Assembly (NCBI GenBank): GCA_030649345.1
Contig: JAUSKK010000020.1
Coordinates: 2,010-34,009, forward strand
Reading direction: 5' to 3'
Origin: Candidatus Iainarchaeum sp.
Lineage (GTDB): Archaea; Iainarchaeota; Iainarchaeia; Iainarchaeales; 0-14-0-20-34-12
Length of the DNA: 32,000 bases
The translations under genes were made by a program, and so were the position numbers. Positions 15,961 to 23,674 of this stretch are shown piece after piece. The notes under the pieces were generated by a model. It did no database searches and was not told the DNA's origin. It was given only the letters and a program-made list of their open reading frames with translations. Positions within the stretch are counted from its first letter, which is position 1. The number at the start of each line of letters is the position of its first letter.

Positions 15961-17228
15961 AAAAGTTTTCCGGCAAATACTGCTTTCTTTCCAGGCTCTT
16001 CTTCAATGGCCAGCAAGCGATTGTATTTAGCTGTACGCTCAGAGCGAGCAGGAGCGCCAAATTTGGATTGGCCCGCATTTAAGCCTACAACCAAATCAGC
16101 AATAAAGGAATCCTCGGTTTCACCCGAGCGATGAGAAACAACTACATTCCAATTATGTTTTCGAGCCAATTGAAAAGCTTGAATGCTTTCAGTTAAAGTG
16201 CCAATTTGATTTACTTTCAATAACAAAGAATTGCAAGATTTCTGCTTAATGGCTTTCTGAATTCGTTTTGAATTAGTGACCAATAAATCATCGCCTACAA
16301 TTTGAATTTTTTTACTCATTTTTTTAGTAAACATTTGCCAAGCTTGCCAGTCTTCTTCTGCAAAACCATCTTCAATGGAAACAATAGGATATTTGGAAAT
16401 TAATTCAGAATAAAAATCAATTAATTCAGAACTTGAAAATATTTTATTACCCAATTTGTAGGTATGAGTTTCTTTATTGTAAAACTCAGAGGCAGCACAA
16501 TCTAAAGCTAAAGAAATTTTTCCAGAATAACCTTGTTCGTCAATGGCTTGCGTCATAAAATCCAAGCGCTTTTCCACAGAATTCAATGGAGGAACAAAAC
16601 CGCCTTCGTCTCCAACTGCGATTGCAGTTGGGCCAAATTTTTTCTTCAATAAATTTTTAAGTTCGTGATAACAGTCAGTACTGGCTTGCAAGGCTTGAGA
16701 AAAAGTTTTAAATTTAGATGGAAAAAACATATGTTCTTGTACATCGTGTTCAAAGCCAGCATGTTTTCCGCCATTAATTACATTCATTTGAGGCACAGGC
16801 AAAGAAACAGTTTTCGTTCCAGCCAATTCACTTAAATAAGAATACAAAGGCAAATCGCAAGCAAACGCAGAAGCACGGGCAGCAGCCAAAGAAACAGACA
16901 AAATGGCATTGGCCCCCAATTTGCGTTTGTTTTCAGTTCCATCCAGTTTAATCAATAATTGATCCAATTCTTTTTGATTGCATACAGGAAAATTTTTCAA
17001 TTTAGGTGCAATAATTTGGTTGACATTTTGAATGGCTTTTTGAACAGACTTTCCATGAAATGATTTTCCGTTATCACGGAGTTCAACAGCTTCAAAAGAA
17101 CCAGTGCTAGCACCCGAAGGAACCATGGCACTAAACGAACCATAATCTGTGAAAATGGTTGTTTCAATAGTGGGAGTGCCACGAGAGTCTAAAACTTGCC
17201 TAGAATGAATTTTCGCAATTAAACACAT
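15957..17228 (-). CDS. eno: Enolase (phosphopyruvate hydratase)
   Basis: SRQVLDSRGTPTIE, VPSGASTGSFEAVELRD, IVGDDL and SHRSGETED. The start is placed at ATG 17228; the track's TTG 17243 would run into the TATA box. The stop overlaps the nucS stop by 4 nt (convergent). Confidence 0.95.
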   Translation of the reverse strand: MCLIAKIHSRQVLDSRGTPTIETTIFTDYGSFSAMVPSGASTGSFEAVELRDNGKSFHGKSVQKAIQNVNQIIAPKLKNFPVCNQKELDQLLIKLDGTENKRKLGANAILSVSLAAARASAFACDLPLYSYLSELAGTKTVSLPVPQMNVINGGKHAGFEHDVQEHMFFPSKFKTFSQALQASTDCYHELKNLLKKKFGPTAIAVGDEGGFVPPLNSVEKRLDFMTQAIDEQGYSGKISLALDCAASEFYNKETHTYKLGNKIFSSSELIDFYSELISKYPIVSIEDGFAEEDWQAWQMFTKKMSKKIQIVGDDLLVTNSKRIQKAIKQKSCNSLLLKVNQIGTLTESIQAFQLARKHNWNVVVSHRSGETEDSFIADLVVGLNAGQSKFGAPARSERTAKYNRLLAIEEEPGKKAVFAGKLF

Positions 17229-17249
17229 ACTACTATTAAACAATTAGGG

Positions 17250-17257
17250 TATTTAAA
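17250..17257. promoter_or_regulatory. Central shared TATA element of the divergent pair eno / prs
   Basis: TATTTAAA is centred at 17253.5, exactly midway between ATG 17228 (-) and ATG 17279 (+). Confidence 0.45.
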
Positions 17258-17278
17258 GTTTTTAGTTCCAATGTAAGC

Positions 17279-18175
17279 ATGCAAAGCGTTCTAATTGCAG
17301 GAAACGGAAGCCAAACCTTGGCACACGAAATTTCAAAACAAACCAAAATCAAACTTTTAAAAACAGAGACTCTGCAATTCTCAGACTCTGAAACTTTAAT
17401 TCGAATCAAAGAAAGCGTGCAAGGAAAAACAGTTTATGTATTGGAACAAATGAATGCTCCAGTCAACGACAAAGTAATGGAATTACTTTTGTTATGCAAT
17501 GCAGCTAAAGAAAATAGAGCCAAAAAAGTAATTGCATTGGTCCCCTATTTAGGATATTCTAGACAAGATCGAGTAACCAAAACAGGAGAACCTATTAGCA
17601 TCAAAGTCTTGGCCAAAGCTCTGCTGAGTGCAGGCTGTACAAAAATGATTACAGTAGACATTCATTCTCAGCGAGGGAAAAAATATTTTGGAAAAAAACT
17701 AACAAATTTAGAATTTTTTAATGTATCCATTCATGAATTAAAAAAAAGAAATTGGAAAAATGAAATTGTTATTGCGCCCGACGAAGGGGCCAGAAAACTA
17801 GCGAAAAAATATGGAAAAACGTTAAAGACACAAATCGCTTGGATGGAAAAATACAGACCTAAACCAGAAGCTGTGGCAGAATTGAAACTGCATGGAATTG
17901 TAAACGGAAAAAATGCACTAATTGTAGATGACATGATTAATACAGCCAGCACCATGAAGCCAGTGGTTGAGTTATTGAGGAAAAATGGAGTTAAAAAAAT
18001 TTCAGTCCTAGTCACTCATGGATTGTTCTCTGAACCAGCCACGCAAAGATTGAACGAATTAAATTTGGATGAAATTATTGTCAGCAATTCTTTGGATCAA
18101 ACCAAAAACAAAAAGAAAATTAAGAAATTAAAAATATTGAGTTTAGCTGAATTATTGGGAAACGACATTCAGTAA
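17279..18175 (+). CDS. prs: Ribose-phosphate pyrophosphokinase (PRPP synthetase)
   Basis: VIALVPYLGYSRQDR, TVDIHS, and the PRPP-binding loop LIVDDMINTASTM. Confidence 0.9.
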   Translation: MQSVLIAGNGSQTLAHEISKQTKIKLLKTETLQFSDSETLIRIKESVQGKTVYVLEQMNAPVNDKVMELLLLCNAAKENRAKKVIALVPYLGYSRQDRVTKTGEPISIKVLAKALLSAGCTKMITVDIHSQRGKKYFGKKLTNLEFFNVSIHELKKRNWKNEIVIAPDEGARKLAKKYGKTLKTQIAWMEKYRPKPEAVAELKLHGIVNGKNALIVDDMINTASTMKPVVELLRKNGVKKISVLVTHGLFSEPATQRLNELNLDEIIVSNSLDQTKNKKKIKKLKILSLAELLGNDIQ

Positions 18176-18222
18176 AAAAATTGGCAGATACCATTAAAAG
18201 CCTAATTTAAGGACACATAGAT

Positions 18223-19689
18223 ATGAACCGCAAAATTCCACGAACCATGAGTACCCAACACCCGGATAATGTACGGATGCCTTTTTTTATTGAAAATTCA
18301 GTGATTGGCGGCGAAGACGAAATCAAGGAAGCTTTTTATGTATTTGATCATTTAAAATGCGAAGAACAATTATGGGATGCAGAAGGAAAAGAAGTAGATA
18401 ACCATGTAGTCAAAAAATTACTGCATGCCTATCCTGAATTTTTTACAGAAAACAAACTAGGGCAAGACGTGTTTTTGACTTTACGGGTGCCCAATCCCAG
18501 AGTTGAACAAAACGAAGCCAAAATCTTGTTGGAAACATTGGAAAGTCTGCCCAGAAATTCAGATATTGCCAAAGCATTTTATGGAAAAACACAAATTCCA
18601 GTATTTGAAGTATGTTTGCCGATGACTCAAACAGCTCAAGAAGCAAGACATATTGAAGACTATTATAAAAAATTTGTGGGTGGAAAAGAAACCCAAAAAT
18701 TAAGCGAAGGGACTTTGGTAGGAGACTGGATCGGAGAATTTAAACCAGATACTATTCAAGTAATTCCATTAATTGAAGAAAAAGAAGCATTATTAAATGC
18801 AGGAAAAATTGTAGGTGAATTGGTAAAAGGAAAAAAAACAGACCACCAAAGAGTATGGCTGGCATTTTCGGATCCAGCAGAAAACTATGGACTCATTTCA
18901 ACTGCTTTATTAAACAAAATTGCTTTACAAGAATTGGATGAAGTGGAAGAAAAAACAAGCGTACAAATTTATCCAATTGCAGGAATGGGCGGAGCACCCT
19001 TTCGAGGAAATTTATTGCCAGGAAAAGAACAAGACTGCATGAATGAATTTTCCAGTGTACAAACATTTACTATACAATCTGCGTTTAAGTATGATGCAAA
19101 TGAAAAAGAAGTCAGAGAAAGTATTGAAAATATTAATACTGGAAAAAAGAAAAAAGCAAAAATAATTGAACAAACACAAGCTTTGGCCATTATTGAAAAA
19201 TATTCAGAAGAATACCAAAAACAAGTGGAAGGATTGGCTGATTTAATTAACAAAACCGCTGAATTTGTACCATCTCGGAGAAAACGAAAATTGCACACAG
19301 GATTGTTTGGATACAGCCGAAAAGTAGGAAAACAAAAATTGCCACGCGCAATTAAATTTTGTGCAGCACTTTATTCTATTGGAATTCCTCCAGAATTTTT
19401 AGGACTCAATGCACTGAATGAAAAAGAAATGGATTGGATTTTAGACCATTATCCTAAACTTAAGTTAGACTTAGAAGAAGCTGGAAAATATTTGAATGAA
19501 ATTCATTTCAAAAAAGAAGTTAGAGCAGGAAACGAAATTTTGGAAAAACTCAAAGAATTTAAAATTAATCCAAATACAGAACATCAAAAATTAACCCAGC
19601 AAATTTATGAAAAAATAGCAAAAAATCAGACTCATGAATTGCATGATTTAATTGTAAAAGCTGGATGGCAAAGAAAATTCTTGGGATAA
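18223..19689 (+). CDS. ppcA: Archaeal-type phosphoenolpyruvate carboxylase
   Basis: IPRTMSTQHPDNV at the N-terminus is the PepcA family signature. At 488 aa it is far shorter than bacterial or plant Ppc. Confidence 0.85.
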   Translation: MNRKIPRTMSTQHPDNVRMPFFIENSVIGGEDEIKEAFYVFDHLKCEEQLWDAEGKEVDNHVVKKLLHAYPEFFTENKLGQDVFLTLRVPNPRVEQNEAKILLETLESLPRNSDIAKAFYGKTQIPVFEVCLPMTQTAQEARHIEDYYKKFVGGKETQKLSEGTLVGDWIGEFKPDTIQVIPLIEEKEALLNAGKIVGELVKGKKTDHQRVWLAFSDPAENYGLISTALLNKIALQELDEVEEKTSVQIYPIAGMGGAPFRGNLLPGKEQDCMNEFSSVQTFTIQSAFKYDANEKEVRESIENINTGKKKKAKIIEQTQALAIIEKYSEEYQKQVEGLADLINKTAEFVPSRRKRKLHTGLFGYSRKVGKQKLPRAIKFCAALYSIGIPPEFLGLNALNEKEMDWILDHYPKLKLDLEEAGKYLNEIHFKKEVRAGNEILEKLKEFKINPNTEHQKLTQQIYEKIAKNQTHELHDLIVKAGWQRKFLG

Positions 19690-19753
19690 TCTAAAGCCTT
19701 TTTAAATACTTTTCAATTTGTTTAAAGTACACATAAGGAATAGCGCAATTTTT

Positions 19754-20551
19754 ATGACAGAAAATATTATTGAAGTCAACCATTTAACTCGAAAATACGG
19801 AGACTTTACAGCAGTCAATGACATTTCATTTGAAGTCAAAAAAGGCCAAATTTTTGCATTCTTGGGGCCCAATGGAGCTGGAAAATCAACCACCATTAAA
19901 ATGCTGACTACTTTACTCAACCCCACGCAAGGAAATATTCAATTGAATAATGTAAATCCATTGAATGAACCCAATTTAGCCAGAAAATCTTTTGGAATTG
20001 TATTCCAAGACCCTAGCTTGGATGACGAATTAACAGCATATGAAAATATGGATTTTCATGGAGCCTTATATCACGTGCCTGTAGATTTACGAAAAAAAAG
20101 AATTGAAGAATTATTAAAATTTCTGGAATTATGGGATCGAAAAAACAGTTTGGTAAAAACATTCTCTGGAGGAATGAAACGCAGACTCGAAATTGCCAGA
20201 GGATTATTACATCATCCCAAAATTTTATTCTTAGACGAGCCCACAATTGGATTGGATCCGCAGACTCGAAATCATATTTGGAGTTATATTCAAAACTTGA
20301 ATAAAAAAGAAAACATTACAGTTTTTTTTACAACCCATTACATGCAAGAAGCAGAATTGGTTGCCGACAGTGTTGCCATCATTGATCATGGGAAGATTGT
20401 AGCCAAAGGAACTTCACAAGAATTAAAAGAACAAACAAAAACACAAAATTTAGAAGATGCATTTTTGGCTTTAACTGGAAAAACCATTCGCGAAGAAGAA
20501 GTTACTGGAAAAGACTATATGCGAATGGCACATAAACTATGGAGAAAATAA
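19754..20551 (+). CDS. ABC transporter ATP-binding protein (ABC-2 / DrrA-like exporter type)
   Basis: Walker A GPNGAGKST, signature FSGGMKRRL, Walker B ILFLDEPT. ATG 19754 is preferred because a TATA (GTTTAAAG) lies about 25-30 nt upstream; the track starts at TTG 19718. Confidence 0.9.
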   Translation: MTENIIEVNHLTRKYGDFTAVNDISFEVKKGQIFAFLGPNGAGKSTTIKMLTTLLNPTQGNIQLNNVNPLNEPNLARKSFGIVFQDPSLDDELTAYENMDFHGALYHVPVDLRKKRIEELLKFLELWDRKNSLVKTFSGGMKRRLEIARGLLHHPKILFLDEPTIGLDPQTRNHIWSYIQNLNKKENITVFFTTHYMQEAELVADSVAIIDHGKIVAKGTSQELKEQTKTQNLEDAFLALTGKTIREEEVTGKDYMRMAHKLWRK

Positions 20552-20552
20552 T

Positions 20553-21299
20553 ATGAGTGCAATTTATGTTTTTTGGCTAAGACAACTAAAACGATATTAT
20601 CGATCTAAAGCCAGAATGATTGGAGCCTTAGGGCAGCCAGTTTTATTTTTGCTAGCTTTAGGATTTGGATTCGGGCCAGTGTTTGAAAAAGCAGGAGCTG
20701 GAAATTATTTAGAATTTTTGACACCTGGAATTATTGCCATGAGTATTTTGTTTACTGCAACCTTTTCAGGAATTGAAGTAATTTGGGATAAACAATTTGG
20801 ATTCTTAAAAGAAACTCTGGTTGCGCCAGTTTCTAGACTGGAAATTATGCTGGGAAGAACTTTGGGCGGAGCTACGGTAGCCAGCATTCAAGGAATTATT
20901 GTATTAATTATTGCTTCACTGGCAGGATTTACTATTCAAAACTGGAGCATGCTTCCTTTGGCTTTTGTTTTTATGTTTTTAATTGCAGTCTTGTTTACTG
21001 CTTTAGGAACAGCCTTGGCTTCAGTACTGGATGATATGCAGGGATTTCAATTAATTATTAATTTTTTAATCATGCCTTTATTCTTTTTATCCGGAGCCTT
21101 ATTTCCTTTGGATACAGCTCCAGGAATACTGGGAACCTTAGCTAGCTTGAATCCTTTGTCTTATGGAGTGGATGGATTAAGATATGCATTAATTGGAGTC
21201 AGCCATTTAGGAGTATTTACAGATTTAGCCATACTGGGAACCGTTACTTTGATTTTTTTAGGAATTGGAAGTTACTTGTTTTCCAAAATTCAAATTTAA
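20553..21299 (+). CDS. ABC-2 type transporter permease
   Basis: 248 aa with about 6 TM segments. It starts 1 nt after the ATPase stop. Confidence 0.85.
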   Translation: MSAIYVFWLRQLKRYYRSKARMIGALGQPVLFLLALGFGFGPVFEKAGAGNYLEFLTPGIIAMSILFTATFSGIEVIWDKQFGFLKETLVAPVSRLEIMLGRTLGGATVASIQGIIVLIIASLAGFTIQNWSMLPLAFVFMFLIAVLFTALGTALASVLDDMQGFQLIINFLIMPLFFLSGALFPLDTAPGILGTLASLNPLSYGVDGLRYALIGVSHLGVFTDLAILGTVTLIFLGIGSYLFSKIQI

Positions 21300-21343
21300 G
21301 CTAACAGAAAAGTATTAAATATAGATTCAACCTTTGGATTAGT

Positions 21344-21493
21344 ATGGGAAATCAAACTATTGGAATGTTTTTAATTGGAATTGCTTTAGGCTTGTACATG
21401 CCTGGCTTGCCTGCACCCTTAGACTTAATCAATCCTTACGTAGGATTTGGGTTAATTGTAGTGGCTGTTGTCTTATTTGTAAAAGGCGAATAG
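21344..21493 (+). CDS. Possible 49-aa two-TM membrane protein
   Basis: MGNQTIGMFLIGIALGLYMPGLPAPLDLINPYVGFGLIVVAVVLFVKGE. Not in the track because it is under 60 aa. TATA-like GTATTAAATATAG lies about 20-30 nt upstream. Confidence 0.4.
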   Translation: MGNQTIGMFLIGIALGLYMPGLPAPLDLINPYVGFGLIVVAVVLFVKGE

Positions 21494-21548
21494 AGAAACG
21501 AATGCCTAAAAACATGCAAAGATTAAATATTCGGATTAAGATTCATTT

Positions 21549-22271
21549 ATGCGGTATCTAATTATTTCTGATATTCACGGAAACCTAGAAGCATTACAAT
21601 CTGTTATTGCCAGTGCACGCAGACAAAAATTTGACAGAATTCTTTGCTTGGGAGACACTGTAGGATTTGGACCTAACCCCAATGAATGTTTACAATTACT
21701 AAAAGCACAAAGACACTCGATTGTATTAATGGGAAACTGGGAAGCAACACTAGCAGGATTAATTGGAAAAGAATGGATACAAAAAGAAAGCGTGCAAAAA
21801 TGCATGGATTGGCTGGAAAAAGAAATCACAGAAGAAAACTTAGACTACATTAAAGAAATGTCCAAATTTTTTTCAGTCAATTTTTTGTTGGGAGTACATG
21901 CCAGTCCATTTGATCCAGTATTGCAAAAAATGGATGCAGAAATTGCGCAAAAAACTTTGGACAGTGTAGCCGAACAAGTTACAGTTACAGGACATATTCA
22001 TCAGCCTTTTTATTATACTAAAAAAGACGGCTGGAAAAAAATCGAAGGAGACAAAACCATTCAATTAATTCCGGAAAAAATTGTAATCACTTTGCCGAGT
22101 GTCGGAAAACCAAAAGATTTGGATAAACGAGCAGGATACGGAATTTTAGACTTTCAAAGAAAAGAATTTTATGTCCGAAGACTAAATTATGACTATGAAA
22201 CAACCCAGAAAAAAATGAGAGAACTAAAATTACCGGAAGAAGAAATCCAAGGACTGGCAACTGGAGAATAG
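21549..22271 (+). CDS. Metallophosphoesterase (YfcE / MJ0936-like, Metallophos_2)
   Basis: LIISDIHGN, CLGDTVGFGPNP, GNWE and TGHIH. Confidence 0.8.
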   Translation: MRYLIISDIHGNLEALQSVIASARRQKFDRILCLGDTVGFGPNPNECLQLLKAQRHSIVLMGNWEATLAGLIGKEWIQKESVQKCMDWLEKEITEENLDYIKEMSKFFSVNFLLGVHASPFDPVLQKMDAEIAQKTLDSVAEQVTVTGHIHQPFYYTKKDGWKKIEGDKTIQLIPEKIVITLPSVGKPKDLDKRAGYGILDFQRKEFYVRRLNYDYETTQKKMRELKLPEEEIQGLATGE

Positions 22272-22272
22272 T

Positions 22273-22479
22273 TTAGTGAATCAAAAAAAGACAAAAAAAT
22301 AAAATAGTAAAAGAAAACCAAGCAGAAAAAGAAAACAATGAAAAAATACTTATTTTAAACAAAATTCCAAGAAAAAGCAAACCTACTAAAAGTGCAAAAG
22401 AAAAAACTCCAGATTTCATTAACTTTGCAAAATACATTTTTATCTCACACCAGTCCATTGAACAAAAAAGTAAAAACAA
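22273..22479 (-). CDS. Hypothetical small membrane protein, or the 3' part of a frameshifted gene
   Basis: F/L/I-rich ORF with two TM-like segments. The start is TTG 22479 or ATG 22458. It overlaps the end of the upstream ORF in another frame, next to a T-run. Confidence 0.35.
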   Translation of the reverse strand: MFLLFCSMDWCEIKMYFAKLMKSGVFSFALLVGLLFLGILFKISIFSLFSFSAWFSFTILFFCLFLIH

Positions 22480-22804
22480 AAATAAACAAAACAGTCAAAG
22501 AAACAACATGTTTTTGCAAAGAAGTATTTTCAAGAAAAATACGGAGCATAAAAATTCCGAAAGCAACAAAAAATAAGGGGAAAGCCAAAACAATAATTTG
22601 CCAATTCAATAAAGAATGAAAAATAGATCTCATGGAAAACAGCAAAAAAATCAAGAAAAGCATTCCTGAAAGCAAAGATTTCCCAGAAGAAAGAATATGA
22701 CGCAAGGCAGCAAAAATAAATAGCCAATGAAGATTGTTCATTAGCAAAGAAAACAAGCTAGCTAAATCCAAAGAAAGAATTGCATTCAAAAACTCCAATA
22801 ACAT
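22445..22804 (-). CDS. Hypothetical integral membrane protein
   Basis: 119 aa with 3-4 hydrophobic segments. It is divergent from the TrmB-family gene. Confidence 0.5.
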   Translation of the reverse strand: MLLEFLNAILSLDLASLFSLLMNNLHWLFIFAALRHILSSGKSLLSGMLFLIFLLFSMRSIFHSLLNWQIIVLAFPLFFVAFGIFMLRIFLENTSLQKHVVSLTVLFIFVFTFLFNGLV

Positions 22805-22873
22805 ATAAACTATTCTTCGAACGCATTAATATAGATCGTTAGTAATAAATACTACTACAAACAAGAGTATTGT

Positions 22874-23614
22874 ATGAATTTAGATTATTTGGAAACAGCA
22901 GGATTAAGCAAAAATGAAGCTAAAGTGTATCATGCATTGCTTCGATCAGGAGCAACCAATTCAGCTGAATTGGCCAGACAATCTGGAGTACATCGAATTA
23001 ACACCTACGATGTGTTAAATAGCTTAATTGCCAAAGGATTGGTTAGCTTTATTGTAGAAGGAAAACAAAGATTGTTTAAGGCCGAAAATCCAAAACAACT
23101 CAAACAATTATTACAGGATAAGCTAGATTCTTTGGAAACCCAATTGCCGGAATTGGAACAATTGTTTGAAAGCAAAAAACAAAAAGTAGATGTACGCGTT
23201 TTATCTGGAAATGAAGGAAAAAAACAACAACTCGGAGAACAATTTCGACTAGGCGAAAATGGAACATTGTATTTGTTTTTATCCCATGGATTAACCACTC
23301 AATTAAGAGCACCCTATACAACACATTTAAGAAAATTTTATGTCAGCTTAAAAGAAAAAAATGCATTGGTAAAAATTATTTTACCAGACACAAAAGAAGT
23401 ACGGCAAAGAGCTAAATTTTTCCAAGAGTTTAAAGATTTTGTTAAAATCAAATATGTAAAAGATTTAGATATTGCAGGATTTTCTTGGCAAGCAGCCCAA
23501 GAGGTATTTTGGCTTACAATTTTAACTGAACCAATTTTAACCATTCGTGTACAATCCGAACAAGTGGCCAAAATATTCAAAGCACAATTTGAGCTAATCT
23601 GGAAAAAGAATTAA
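22874..23614 (+). CDS. TrmB-family transcriptional regulator
   Basis: N-terminal winged HTH: GLSKNEAKVYHALLRSGATNSAELARQSGVHRINTYDVLNSLIAKGLV. Confidence 0.8.
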   Translation: MNLDYLETAGLSKNEAKVYHALLRSGATNSAELARQSGVHRINTYDVLNSLIAKGLVSFIVEGKQRLFKAENPKQLKQLLQDKLDSLETQLPELEQLFESKKQKVDVRVLSGNEGKKQQLGEQFRLGENGTLYLFLSHGLTTQLRAPYTTHLRKFYVSLKEKNALVKIILPDTKEVRQRAKFFQEFKDFVKIKYVKDLDIAGFSWQAAQEVFWLTILTEPILTIRVQSEQVAKIFKAQFELIWKKN

Positions 23615-23674
23615 ACTGTGTTTTTAAATCATTTTATTCAATAAATTTGTAAATCGAATTCTTGAAGGGATACA

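Noticed and set aside
22392-22619. 75-aa lysine-rich + strand ORF.
   Set aside because: It is an A-rich antisense reading of T-rich membrane-protein coding sequence. The - strand ORFs give plausible TM helices.
22840-22854. Inverted repeat TAGTA-ATAAA-TACTA upstream of the TrmB-family gene as a possible operator.
   Set aside because: It coincides with the expected TATA box position and is pure A/T-rich sequence, so a 5-bp dyad here is not distinguishable from chance.
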